DNA of 63,993 nt, the filler included, from Octopus bimaculoides (taxonomy: Eukaryota), in assembly GCF_001194135.2 (NCBI RefSeq). It is 5 parts of 4 records of this genome, joined end to end, with 100 filler letters (N's around TTAATTAATTAA, not from the genome) between each part and the next. Parts side by side here need not be neighbours in the genome. Positions count along the whole stretch, not along the records: positions 14,759 to 26,446 come from NC_068996.1; positions 26,547 to 43,541 come from NC_068983.1; 3 more parts are not named here. One strand, given 5' to 3'. Shown here in pieces: positions 14,859 to 27,446 of this stretch (position 1 is the stretch's first letter; each line of letters starts with the position of its first letter). The notes under the pieces are model-generated. The model was not told the origin of the DNA and searched no databases. It saw only the letters and a list, made by a program, of their open reading frames with translations. Made by a program: the position numbers and the translations under genes.

Positions 14859-15600
14859 CAGTAGTCTTATTTTATCACGTGCTTTCAATGCACTACCGAG
14901 CGCAGCTCTGTGTGACTTGGGTATGTGCTGTGGTTTGTTGTGATGCTCTTATTTTTACTGTATTGAAAGTGTTTTACGTAAGATGTGTGCGGTGCCTATT
15001 AGTGCTATTTTCTGTATAAGTACTTGATAGTCCTGGTGTTTTTGTTGTATATTTATCTGAATATTGTTTTTATCATACCTAATATACCTAATGATAGGAA
15101 TTGTTTCTGTTTTTAGACTCCACATTCCAGTTACCTCTATTTCCACGTCTTTGTATTTTGAAAATTTCGCCATTTCTTTTGGAGAAACGTTGTCATCTGT
15201 TGGTATTGACACATCGATTATAAAGCATTTTATTCTTCAAGATCTCTAACAACTAAATCCGGCTTATTTGCCTTAATTTTTCTATTTGTATGTATTGGCG
15301 TTACCCATAGTATGGTTGTTTTCTCGTCTTCTGTGACCTTTTCTGGCGTGTGGCTATACCTTTTTTTATTCTGTTGTTATTCCATAGTGTTGGCATAGCT
15401 TCCAGTGTATATAGATCCGAACTCTGTCGTGTCTGTGAATATATTCCTTCTTAGCCAGACTGGGCAGCCAGAGACAATAGGATTTATTGTTTCTTGTCCA
15501 TCACAACATATTTTTCGGTTACTTGTTGTTTCTTCTCATTATATGTTTTTGATAATTTTTGGTGGGGAGGCTTTTTTATTATTCCTATGATTATTTTAGA
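14859..15600 (-). mobile_element. 5'-truncated R4/Dong-like LINE 3' end with (TAA)n tail, lineage 3
   Basis: Minus strand reads KEYIHRHDRV..PEKVTEDEKTTILW..ANKPDLVV..KCFIIDVSIPTDDNVSPKEMAKFSKYKDVEIEV..IQKIALIGTAHILRKTLSIQ*. A ~100-nt 3'UTR then runs into (TAA)n at 14759-14858. Confidence 0.88.
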
Positions 15601-16271
15601 CCAGAAAAGTGACTATATTTTTTGATCGAATCGAATTTATTTTAAAATATAGCCACGAACCGCGCGTAGTCTATTTTATGCTATTTATGACATTTTTCAT
15701 TGTTGAATTTGCTAATAGAGGTTCTTCTCTAAATTATATATATATATATGGGAGAATATACAAATAATAACAACAGACGAGGACAGGTGGTGTAAATAAC
15801 AAAAGTATATATTAGTATGACGCATATATATATAATAATATTATTAGGGACAAAATCCAAAATTACAGGTAAAAAAATTAAATTGAGCCTTATAGATAAA
15901 GTATATATAAAATATATATAGTTTTAGGGAAAATAACCAATTTTCAAGAACTCATCGATGAAAATCCACTATCACATATAGAAAAATTAATAATTAAAAG
16001 CACAATAAATGAGTATAATATAAAGTAAAGTAAATATCATAAGATAANNNNNNNNNNNNNNNNNNNNNNNNNNNNNNNNNNNNNNNNNNNNNNNNNNNNN
16101 NNNNNNNNNNNNNNNNNNNNNNNNNNNNNNNNNNNNNNNNNNNNNNNNNNNNNNNNNNNNNNNNNNNNNNNNNNNNNNNNNNNNNNNNNNNNNNNNNNNN
16201 NNNNNNNNNNNNNNNNNNNNNNNNNNNNNNNNNNNNNNNNNNNNNNNNNNNNNNNNNNNNNNNNNNNNNNN

Positions 16272-16344
<73 letters not shown>

Positions 16345-16348
<4 letters not shown>

Positions 16349-16642
16349 TAAAGGATAAAGCCCCCCACCTCCGGCCATGAATGACGATGGGATTGCATAT
16401 AGATAGTTCCTCTCCGAGGTAAAGTCCGGGCAAGGTTGTTTATGGAAGACCAGCAACCACCCATGCATACCAGCCTCCCATCTCCACACCACCTATGTTA
16501 TCCAAGGGAAAGGCAAAGGCCAATACAGCTTGAAGCAATGTGAAATAAAGTGTCTTGCCCAAGAACACAACACAGCTCAGTCCAGGAATCGAACCCACTA
16601 CCGCATGGTCGTGATCCCAACACTCTAACCACTGAATCATTG
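16345..16642 (-). mobile_element. tRNA-head SINE with a different 3' body
   Basis: Head GTGGTTAGAGTGTTGGG..GGTTCGATTCC..GTGTTCTTGGGCAAGACACTTTATTTCAC followed by a body unrelated to family B. Confidence 0.8.
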
Positions 16643-16657
16643 TATATATATAAATAT

Positions 16658-17480
16658 TGTTACGAAAATGTTTTACTTGGAACGAAAAAAGTGGATTTTC
16701 GTTTGGTCATGTAGATTCGAATCTGAGTCTATGAAATTCTCCTGTAAGTTACAACGGTACTTTCTCACGGAGAGACAAGAATTGACAGCTGAGACACTCG
16801 ACATATGGCCTATGTGAAGCCGATTTATGCATCCTCCACTTGCCTCTTATGACCCCCTTCTGTGCCAATAAGAGCTGAAACTAGATAAAGTTACAGCAGT
16901 TTCCCATTGTTCTCGGTGATATGTCTCTCTCGCTATTTTGCGAGAATTGTAAATACAGAAGGTTCGTAAGCCAAAGGCAGTTAGTGAAAGGAGTTTGTGA
17001 AGAGATGACTAGGCAGACAACGAATGCTTTACTCTATCATTGGCTCACTCTAGAATGACAAATGTCATTCTGTCTTTCTCCACTGAAATGACAAGCAGAA
17101 TGAAGTATCATTCTGTATTCCTTCCTCTTTCCTCTCTGCCACTCTATCACCCTTCAAGGGTTTATTACTACTGCAAACAACATAAGCAGTAAACAACAAC
17201 ACAAGAAGAAAACGGTAAGAGTGACTTCCCACTTGTTTTGATTGCTTGCTTCTGTAGCAACTGCCGGGGTTTCAACTTCCATGAAGGAAATCCACCTGTC
17301 AATAAGAACTGATATATATATACAAACTATTTGTGACAGCTTGCATTTTGGACTCAAATGATTATAACAGCTTTGAGCTGTCTTCGGTCTCTGTGTTATG
17401 CCATTCATTTATATCAATGCGCATCTAAAATTCTACGGGCTGTTGTTTTATTCGCTGTTGCTTTTGTCTAATCTGTAACA
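16658..17480 (-). mobile_element. Probable solo LTR (823 bp)
   Basis: Inverted termini TGTTAC...GTAACA with ATAT on both sides (weak TSD in AT-rich DNA). More complex than its flanks. On the minus strand a TATA-like tract (~17310-17320) precedes AATAAA (~17165). Confidence 0.45.
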
Positions 17481-18046
17481 ATATATATATGTACGTATAT
17501 ATATATANNNNNNNNNNNNNNNNNNNNNNNNNNNNNNNNNNNNNNNNNNNNNNNNNNNNNNNNNNNNNNNNNNNNNNNNNNNNNNNNNNNNNNNNNNNNN
17601 NNNNNNNAAGTGAAAGTATGTTATAAAAATAAAACTACTGAACAATAATAATAATAAGGCACAGCTATTCTAATCAGAGGGATCTTTAGTTGCGAAGGGC
17701 AGCTGAAGGTCCCCCTGATTAGAATAGCCGCGCATCACGTCACTTGATTTTTTTTAGATATAAATACACTGTATCTTGTAAACACATTTAACCTTTGCTT
17801 ACCCAAATTATTAAAAATTCCGCCTCTGTGAGGCCTCTTTTATTTCCTTATCGCACAGGACTGCTTATTGCTGATTTCCTCACCATCTGCCGAATCTATT
17901 TACAGACCTGTAGAATTTGGTCTATTCAACAAGCTGCTTCTCTTCCTCCTACTATTCCCTTCAACCCTCACATATTTATGATTATCTCAAGTACAAGACA
18001 AAACTTGAAACCAAACAACATTTAATAATACCTTTTAATAATAAAT

Positions 18047-18070
18047 GGAAACAACAACAACAACAACAAC

Positions 18071-18114
<44 letters not shown>

Positions 18115-18154
18115 TAATAATAACAACAACAACAGCAACAACAACAACAACAAC

Positions 18155-18230
<76 letters not shown>
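18047..18230. repeat. Compound (AAC)n/(AAT)n microsatellite
   Basis: Direct reading. Confidence 0.95.
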
Positions 18231-18233
<3 letters not shown>

Positions 18234-18729
18234 GCCCGAATGCGGTACCATGAGAATGGCTTCTGATCTTAATTGATTGGAAGTGTTGTCATGTACATTG
18301 TTTTGTCTTGGTATAAAAGATGGGCTAAAGCAAATATTCTACTTAATACCACAGATTTGCTTGTCAGTTGTTTGACCTTAACCAGTTGAGCATGTCCCTT
18401 GGTGGCTGACGATATGTGCATCTCTGATCATGAGCAGAAGTAGTGGTGGAGCATCATAGCCATGTGTTGAGAGAATTCTTTGGGGTTTGAATTATTCACC
18501 TTTGGAAACCAGCGTGTTTTGCTCAACATCTTTAAACAAACCTTATTCAGGGACCTTTTGAGCAGGATGGGCTACTCGACCTGAAGAAAATTCTAATTGG
18601 GCTTCACCTGCGAGGTCATGCGCTGTTTATTTTGATATGAAGTCACCATTTCGCGCACATATGGTTGTGATACATGTGCCTGGTGTACCCTTATCAGATG
18701 GGTAGTCATGATGGGTATACTGGGCTATA
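18231..18729. repeat. About 500-bp non-coding segment, probably a dispersed repeat, between (AAT)n and the LINE ORF
   Basis: Complex sequence that starts directly after the (AAT)n tract and does not match the 5' region of the sister LINE copy at 34345-34647. There is only one copy in the window, so repeat status is inferred. Confidence 0.4.
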
Positions 18730-21615
18730 TAGACGAAAATGGTGTTCATCTGAGGGGATACCGACAACGTATGTATGATCAATGGAGAGAAAGAGGGTTG
18801 TTTCAATTCACAGAACAGAGATTATGTGATCAAGCTAGAGCAATAAGAAAAAAATTCTTAGTTCACAGAAGTAGAGCTCGAAGCTATCAAAAGACGGGTA
18901 TTGGAAAACAGCAGCAGAGAAAACGATGAAAATACAGTTTCTATTCATAAAATTAATCTCACAGCAGAAAACAGAAGTGAAATCTCTAATAAATCACAGG
19001 AAAGGAACAGTGATAGCTTGCTCGATGAGAGACATACAGATGGTTTGGAAAAAGACAATAAAACTAATGGTGACATGACAGATAGACAAAAGGCAATCTA
19101 CGTGAGAATAAAGACAAGGCTACAGGAGAACGATAGAGACATTATTTGCAACCTTAAAAAGGTTGATCGGTGGAAATTGAGCCAAGAAACGTAAAAAGGG
19201 GAATGAAATTCTGAAATACATCAGAACAAAAACATCACAGAAACAAATAATTTGATCAAGGCAGCAAGTATTGGCGTAGGAGAAAATGTGGGTGTTGATG
19301 TCAAGAAAAAGCAATATAATGTGAATGACAAAAGAAAAGATCCATTGTGGAAAAGAAGAATACAGGTGGGGTTAGATATGCTCTCGAAAGACATGTCTTT
19401 GTTAGACTGAAAAGAGAAGGTGGTAGTTTAAAAGCGAACAAAAATACAGATTACCGAACAGGAAGTATGATATTTAAAAAGCATCTGAAAGTGGTAATGG
19501 AGGAACTAAAATAGCGTCTCGTTGCAAAGAAAGCAAAGATGGTAAGATACGACCAAAGAATGAAGGGATACTAGCAGAATCGGTTATTCAGAGTAAATCA
19601 GAAGAGGTTGCATAAAGAAATAAATGGAGAGTGTACAGATGAAAGTTGATTGATACCAGATAACAATAAAAGTCAAAGGACATTTGGAGCAAAAACAAGG
19701 AGCACAAGAAGGATGCTGAATGGTTGCAAGAACTGAAACAAACAGTAGTTTGTCCAAAACAGGCAGAACTCGTTATTTCAGTAGGGAAGTAAAAGAAATC
19801 AGCCACTAAATAAAAAGATTTCGTGAATGCCATGCACGAATAGCTGCACAACTCAACACCTTGTTAAACGCCAACCAAGTAACACCAGAATGGTTGACAA
19901 TGAGTAGGACAGTGCTGTGCTTGAAAAACATCGAAAAAGGCAATACGGTTAACAATTACAGGCCGATATCCTGCTAGCGAATTATGTTAGAATTATTGAC
20001 TGAAATAGTCACAGAGTCATTGTCTGGACATCTAGAAAAAATGGAGTCCTGCCACATGAGCAGAAGGGTTGCAAGCGTAAGTGTAGAGGTACCAAGGATC
20101 AAACCCTGGTAGACAAAACTGTACTGCAAGAGGAGGGAAACTAACTTAGCCATGTCATGGATCGATTATCCTAAGACGTCCGATATGATAACACATTCTT
20201 GGATTATGAAATATAAGAACCTATCTGGTATTGCATTGAATGTTGAGCGAAGTAAACGACGGAACTGACAACATATGGAAGAAGTTTAGGGACAATGAGA
20301 ATCAGGAGAGGCATCTTTCAAGAGGAGTACCTGACCCCATTGACCGTTGTACTGTGCATAATACCACTAACATTGATTCTGAGGTATGTATTCAAACGCC
20401 GCCAACAAAATGTCAACCACTTGTTATTCATGGTTGACCTCAAATTTTATGGTAAAGATGAATCCCAAGTCAGTTCCCTCGTTGATACAGTGTATATTTT
20501 CGTTGCTGATATCAGAACAGAGTTCTGACTAAAAAAGTGTGATGTGTTAGTCTTAAAGAGAGGCAAGATCAAATATATGAACGGGCTAGCGATACCGTCG
20601 GAGGAGGTTATGAAGCAGATAGCTTCAGATAGACGGGCTATAAGTACTTGAGAATATTGGAAATGGATAAATTGATGGAGAATGAAATCAGAGAAAAATT
20701 TAAGACGGAGTACTTGCGCAGACTGAAACTGATCCTTAAAACTAACGGAATAAGATTGAAGCTATCAACACCTGGGTGGTTTCATTACTTAGAGGTAATC
20801 GCATGGACAGTAGACGAACTAATTAGCTTAGTCAGAAAGACAAGGAAGTTGCTGACTAGATATGGGATACTCCACCCAAAAAGTGGCACAGACACACTGT
20901 ATGTACCAAGAAAAAGAGGGGGGAAGAGGATTGATTCGATCCGAACACAGCATTAGAACAGAAGAAAACAACATAGCATGGTATGTAAAAAATGCCACTG
21001 AACCACAATTATTGGAAGAAAGAAGATCAGACTTGTATAGGATGGAAGAATGCAAAGATAAAACACTATACAAAGACTTGAGAATAAATGAAACTCAAAA
21101 TAGGTGTATAAAGAAAAGAATGCATGGACAATTTTATAGAAATATTGATGATAATACAGTAAAAAGATGGCTATCGATGACTAAAAGTGATTTAAAACCC
21201 AAGAGCAAGCATTAAGAACCAATTACATTAAATACAGAATAGACAGCACATCAGAAAGTGATAAATGCAGAATTTGTGGACAAAATAGTGAAATCGTATG
21301 GCATATTACCAGTCAATGTATGCCACTAGCCCAGAAATAATATAAGAGACTTCATGACAATATAGCAAGGATTGTCCATTGGATACTTTGCATCAAGTGT
21401 GGACTTGACAGAGCAAAAAAGTGGTACGAACATAAACCCAAAGGCATCATTGAAAATGATAATGCAAAGATCCTATGGGATTTTATGATTCAGTGCGACC
21501 ATGAAATAGAGAATAGGAAGCCAGATATAGTGTTAATTGAGAAGGAACGCAAACAATGCTGGATAATAGACATAGCATGCCCAGCTGACAACAAGGTATG
21601 CGATAACAAAGAAGG
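18730..21615 (+). mobile_element. Decayed R4/Dong-like non-LTR retrotransposon (RT + CCHC + restriction-like endonuclease), lineage 1
   Basis: Frameshifted single ORF. N-terminus GYRQRMYDQWRERGLFQFTEQRLCDQARAIRK; RT motifs [42 protein letters not shown] (catalytic FMDD decayed to FMVD, ~20427-20438). Zinc knuckle CRICGQNSEIVWHITSQC (C-x2-C-x8-H-x4-C, from 21266) and REL motif NRKPDIVLIEKERKQCWIIDIACP (~21512-21590). Many stops and deletions; 3' end and tail missing. Confidence 0.9.
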
Positions 21616-24600
21616 AACAAATATACGCCTATTACTATGCATTAGGCGGGCCATCTGAAGAGAAACACACTGCACACCCTTATCAAATATGGAGGAAACG
21701 AAATCAAGACAGCAGACTATATTTGGACGAAAACAAGTTAGCAAATGCTAGGAGGGATATCTTCAGAAATAAAAGACTCACAGATAGTGAAATAACTGCG
21801 ATCAAGCACGTAGCGGGAAATGACCTAAAAAAAGACAGAAAGGAAGAACTAGACAAATAGAGCAACTCTCTACGAGTCTCAATTGAAAGACTGCCATCTG
21901 ACCAGAACACGCAAACGTCTGGTGAAATAAATTGTAATGAACCTGATAAAAATAACGAGGAAAGTGGTAAAGAAACAATATTTGAAGACTACACATTTAC
22001 TGAAGAACATAGAGAGTCTATGACAGAACTGAAGCAGAAAATCCTGAATATGCTTGCAGTTGTAAGACACGCCAATATGCATGATAGAGAATCTCTGTCT
22101 ATTATTTTAACTTCATCCCACAGGGGAGGTGGTCTCCATTTTTCATACATGATCAGCTATACCCNNNNNNNNNNNNNNNNNNNNNNNNNNNNNNNNNNNN
22201 NNNNNNNNNNNNNNNNNNNNNNNNNNNNNNNNNNNNNNNNNNNNNNNNNNNNNNNNNNNNNNNNNNNNNNNNNNNNNNNNNNNNNNNNNNNNNNNNNNNN
22301 NNNNNNNNNNNNNNNNNNNNNNNNNNNNNNNNNNNNNNNNNNNNNNNNNNNNNNNNNNNNNNNNNNNNNNNNNNNNNNNNNNNNNNNNNNNNNNNNNNNN
22401 NNNNNNNNNNNNNNNNNNNNNNNNNNNNNNNNNNNNNNNNNNNNNNNNNNNNNNNNNNNNNNNNNNNNNNNNNNNNNNNNNNNNNNNNNNNNNNNNNNNN
22501 NNNNNNNNNNNNNNNNNNNNNNNNNNNNNNNNNNNNNNNNNNNNNNNNNNNNNNNNNNNNNNNNNNNNNNNNNNNNNNNNNNNNNNNNNNNNNNNNNNNN
22601 NNNNNNNNNNNNNNNNNNNNNNNNNNNNNNNNNNNNNNNNNNNNNNNNNNNNNNNNNNNNNNNNNNNNNNNNNNNNNNNNNNNNNNNNNNNNNNNNNNNN
22701 NNNNNNNNNNNNNNNNNNNNNNNNNNNNAGGTTTGAGAAGAGAAACAAATTTTACAAGCAAAATAAACTGTTCACGTCCAATGCGAAAACATTCTGCAGA
22801 GAAATAGGGAAGGAGAAAATAATCATTGAAGACCCCGCTGCCATGGAAGGAGTTGAAAACGTCTGGAAAAATATCTGGAGTGATGAAAAGGCTTACAATG
22901 AAAATGCAGACTGGATTAGACGCACAGAAGGATCCTACCAAAACTTACCAGAACAAGCATAGGAAGACATCACAATAGCAGAACAAAAAATGACACTCAC
23001 AAAGACTCATAAGTGGAAATCTCTTGGTAATGATAGAGTGTCAAATTTCTGGCTCGCCTCACTCCCGTGCGCACACGAAAAGTTAGTCCAGTTATTCAAT
23101 GAAATTATGAGAGATGTTACGAAAACATCTGGCTGGTTAGCAAGAGGTATTACTTACCTATACCCGAAGAATAATGAAACCAAATCTTCCCAAAACAATC
23201 GGCCCATAACATGTCTATCTACCATATATAAAATGTTAACGTCCATCCTCGTGGAGAAAACATACAAATTTATGGAACGGAACGTTATTTTCCCGGTTGA
23301 ACAAAAGGGGTGCCGACGAGGCTCATATGGATGCAAAGACCAACTCTTAATCAATCACATCATCCTTGAGAACTGTCATAACAAATGCAGAAATCTCAGT
23401 TCTCTATGAATTGATTATAAAAAGGCCTTCGACATCATACAGCATTCATGGATCTTGAAATTGCTGGATATCTTCGAAATTTCTCTTGTAATTTCAAACT
23501 TCCTGAAGCACATGTCAATGTGGAATACGAATCTCCAACTATACTACTCTAATGGAGTACTGACCCACAAAAAATATTAATATCAACGGTGGCATTTTCC
23601 AAGGTGATTCACTTTCCCCTTTAATTTTCTGCATAGCCTTAATACCCCTTACAAGTGAATTTAACAGATCAGTGGTATGGATATAAAATTGGTGCTAAGA
23701 AAATAAGTCATCTATCTTATATGGATGACTTAAAACTCTATGGCGAAGACGATAATGAGCTTGAAGGACTACTACGTTCTGTGAAAGCGTTCAGTGATGA
23801 CATTGGGATGGAATGTGGTCTTGATAAATGCGCCAAAGCCACTTTCCAGAAAGGGAAACTGAAGGCCTCACATTCAGTGGTAATGGATGTTGACACAGTA
23901 ATAAAAGAACTCGAGCAGGAGCAAACTCACAAGTACCTCGGACTAAATGAGGGCTATGGCATTCAGCATGCAAGTATGAAAGAGAAGATCAGGAAGGCGT
24001 TTTACAGGAGAGTTCGAGCAGTCCTAAAATTAGAGTTAAATGCATGTAACAAGGTGTTAGCTATAAATTCCTTAGCNNNNNNNNNNCAAGTATGAAAGAG
24101 AAGATCAGGAAGGCGTTTTACAGGAGAGTTCGAGCAGTCCTAAAATTAGAGTTAAATGCATGTAACAAGGTGTTAGCTATAAATTCCTTAGCAGTTCTTG
24201 TTGTTATTTATAGTTTCAATGTGTTGAAATGGAATATGAGCGAAATAAGGGAGATTGACAGGAAAATCCGTAAGCTGCTGACTTGCAATAAGTTGCACCA
24301 CCCAAAGGCAGATGCAGATCGTCTTTACCTACCTAGAGCTCAAGGAGGTCAAGGCTTGATCCAGTTTGAAGTCTCCTACAAAACCACCACGATTGTACTG
24401 GCAAAATATATTGAAACATCTAACAACTGGATGCTAAAGCTCGTTGAAAACCATGAAAGACCTAAGAAATTTCAGTCTGTTATGAAGGAAAGCAAAACAT
24501 TTTCAAGTGAATTTATGCATAATATCCAGGCTGAACAGCATGAGTGTAGTGTAGCAACTGTAGTTGCAAGGGAGGTGAAATCAATAGCAAAGCAAAATGC

Positions 24601-25275
24601 GTTTGAACTGGCTGATAGGTGGGAACAAAAACCTCTGCATGGCTAATATGTGGCCCGTAGCAAACAAGCTGGTGTAAACCAGAAGCACTCCCATCAGTGG
24701 CTATGGAGCTCAAGACTAAAGGCAGAGAGGGAAGGCTTTATCTTGGCTGCCCAGGATCAGAGCTAATTCACCCGGAACTATTAAGCCAATGTGATGAAAA
24801 ATGGCGTTGACCCAAAGTGCCGATACTGCAACAATGGGATAGAAACAGTGGACCGCTTAATCTATGGATGTAAGGTTTTAGCACCTGTAGAATACAAATC
24901 AAGACATAACAGAGTTGGCCAATATCTACACTGGATAATGCGTCGGCATTATAAAATCAAAACTGCTGACAGATGGTACAAGCACCATCCTGATTCTGTA
25001 ACTGAGGGAGAAAATGCAACTATTCTTTGGGACTTCCCATTATGTACAGACCGGACCATGAAAGGAAACAAACTAGATATTGTTGTGAAAGATCAAAACA
25101 ATAAAGTCTGTTCATTGATTGACATGATCATACCCTGTGACCATAATATCTCGGCAAAAGAAGTTGATAAGCTCAGAAAATACAAAAATTTGCTAATCAA
25201 AATTGAAAAGATATGGTATCTCAAGGCGGTTACAATACCAGTGATTGTAGGAGCACTTAGAATGATCAAAAAAGG
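21616..25275 (+). mobile_element. Decayed R4/Dong-like non-LTR retrotransposon, lineage 2
   Basis: N-terminus YYALGGPSEEKHT..YQIWRKRNQDSRLYLDENKLANARRDIFRNKRLTDSEI; RT motifs NRPITCLSTIYKMLT, EQKGCRRGSYGCKDQLLIN, IDYKKAFD, GIFQGDSLSP, HLSYMDDLKLY (YMDD at 23718-23729). Knuckle CRYCNNGIETVDRLIYGC (H to R) and REL NKLDIVVKDQ..CSLIDMIIPCD. Covers track ORFs 22990-23409, 23655-24095, 24092-24646 and 24791-25275; interrupted by N gaps and in-frame stops. Confidence 0.92.
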
Positions 25276-26126
25276 ANNNNNNNNNNNNNNNNNNNNNNNN
25301 NNNNNNNNNNNNNNNNNNNNNNNNNNNNNNNNNNNNNNNNNNNNNNNNNNNNNNNNNNNNNNNNNNNNNNNNNNNNTGTGTGTGTGTGTGTGTATGTATG
25401 TATGCATGTATGTATGTATGTATATACATAATTTGTACGCCACCCAGTTATTTTATCACTTTTATTACCATTATTATTATTATTATCATCATCGTCGTCG
25501 TCATCATCATTATCATCATTATGATCATTATTACTACTACTACTGCTGCTACTACTACTACTATTGTATTATATACCTTTACGCACGTGTACACGTGTAC
25601 CTAACAGCATGTGTATACAATGTGTATATACATGCTAAAAGGTATTTCATTTATTCATTTATATATACTTGTAAATATATGAGTTCATGTTAATGTCTTA
25701 TAGGCGCGTATATATTGTAATTATATGTATATCGAGTGTGTGTACGTACGCATGTATGTAGGTGTGTACGTGCTTGTCTATCTACCGCATGTAAGCTTAT
25801 CTAACTATAGCAATGCATATATGTATTCACATATGTATGCGCCAGTACGTATATATATTTCTGTTTATATATTTACATATATGTGCGTGAATATATGTAC
25901 ATACGTAAAGAAGAAAACATTTATTTTAGTTTTAACTACCACCCACTTTCACTATAATAACGACGCGGTTAACTACCTCCTCTGATAGTGAGTATAAGCA
26001 CATGCTTGTACATTCCAAACAAAGGCATGCATATATGTCTTTTCATGTACCCATATTGCGGATGTGGTTACTTGTGGATGTTTGGGGTCAAATACACTCA
26101 CCCATTCACCCCTCCCCATAGATATA

Positions 26127-26446
26127 CAGGGGTTGGACAAAATAATGGAAACACCTTAGAATTTCAAACAAAGTTTGAATTGTTTCCAGAGGAATTTTTG
26201 TCCATTCTTCAGCTAAAACAGTCTCCAATTCTTGTAGTGATGATGGCGGAGGATATCGACGCCTTACTTGTTTTTCTAAAATGCACCATACGTAAATGTT
26301 CAATAATATAAAGATTTGGGTACTGTGGTGGTCAGAAAAGACATTCAACTTTACTAGAATGTTCCTCGTGCCATTCAGTAACAACTTTAGCTGCGTGAAT
26401 TGGTGCATTATCATCCTGAAAGGTTGCGTTTCCCCCCGAAACAGTT
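26127..26446 (-). mobile_element. Tc1-like (DD34E) transposon 3' end with TIR
   Basis: TA followed by CAGGGGTTGGACAAAATAATGGAAACACC terminal repeat. Minus strand reads ATFQDDNAPIHAAKVVTEWHEEH..PPQYPNLYIIEHL..RRRYPPPSSLQELETVLAEEWTKIPLETIQTL. Cut off by the scaffold join. Confidence 0.85.
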
Positions 26447-26546
26447 NNNNNNNNNNNNNNNNNNNNNNNNNNNNNNNNNNNNNNNNNNNNTTAATTAATT
26501 AANNNNNNNNNNNNNNNNNNNNNNNNNNNNNNNNNNNNNNNNNNNN
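26447..26546. other. Artificial scaffold join
   Basis: N44-TTAATTAATTAA (26491-26502)-N44. Confidence 0.95.
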
Positions 26547-26854
26547 AACAACATTCAAAAGCCGTACGGCCAAACGCGAATCGGAAGTAGAACGCTAGTA
26601 GTTCGTCTTGCCTTCACAGCGGCTGGAGTGAAAAGAAAGCTGACCACAGGTCTCACGAGAGCAGAGAAGGTGGTGGAGGGAGGAAGTGGAACAAGGAGGA
26701 AGGGACAGAAGGGTATAGCAGTGAAGTAGAGGCCAGGACAACAGAAGGGAGCAGAGCGAGAGGGGGAGATGGGTAAGAAGAAAGATAGATAGGTAGGTAA
26801 ATAGAGGGATAGGTAGAAAGATAGAGAAAGACAGATATATAAATAGATAGAAAG

Positions 26855-26867
26855 ATAGCTAGCTAGC

Positions 26868-26918
<51 letters not shown>
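26855..26918. repeat. (GATA)n microsatellite
   Basis: Direct reading. Confidence 0.95.
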
Positions 26919-26919
<1 letters not shown>

Positions 26920-27345
26920 GTCACGTTAGAATAATAAAGTAGACTTACTTGCAAAAAAGGACGTGTGCGTTCAATAATGCAATAATACAAAGAATACACA
27001 TACATGCACACACACACACACATGCACACACCCACATCCACATGTGCATACATTTGCACATCAGGGCACAGGACATATATACATATATACATACATACAT
27101 ACATACATACACATTTGGATCTTTGAACGTGAGAACAATATCTTTGTTTTCGCCCGGAGCTGATGATTCATTCCCAAGCTAATTAGTCTCGCGCTAGCAT
27201 GCATTAGTTTAGATGAATCACCGCATTCATGCATATATGTATGCGAGCGTGTGTGTGTGTGTGTGTGTGCGTGTGTGTGTGCATAGATGCGTTTGAGTAG
27301 ATAGAGATATAAACACATACACACATTCACATGCATGCAGACATG

Positions 27346-27403
<58 letters not shown>

Positions 27404-27415
27404 CGCGCGTGTGTA

Positions 27416-27446
<31 letters not shown>

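Noticed and set aside
15720-16045. Possible Penelope-associated repeat fragments
   Set aside because: Only vague resemblance, no intact ribozyme core or ORF, and truncated by an N gap.
18570-18630. CTGAAGA as another hammerhead core
   Set aside because: No stem II followed by GAAA. The same holds for matches near 9290, 27160 and 57870.
24791-25693. 300-aa protein
   Set aside because: Only the first ~160 aa are LINE knuckle/endonuclease; the rest is N gap and microsatellite.
26547-26850. Purine-rich, GC-richer stretch as a promoter or exon
   Set aside because: Grades into AG/GATA microsatellite and starts at an artificial join; no supporting signal.
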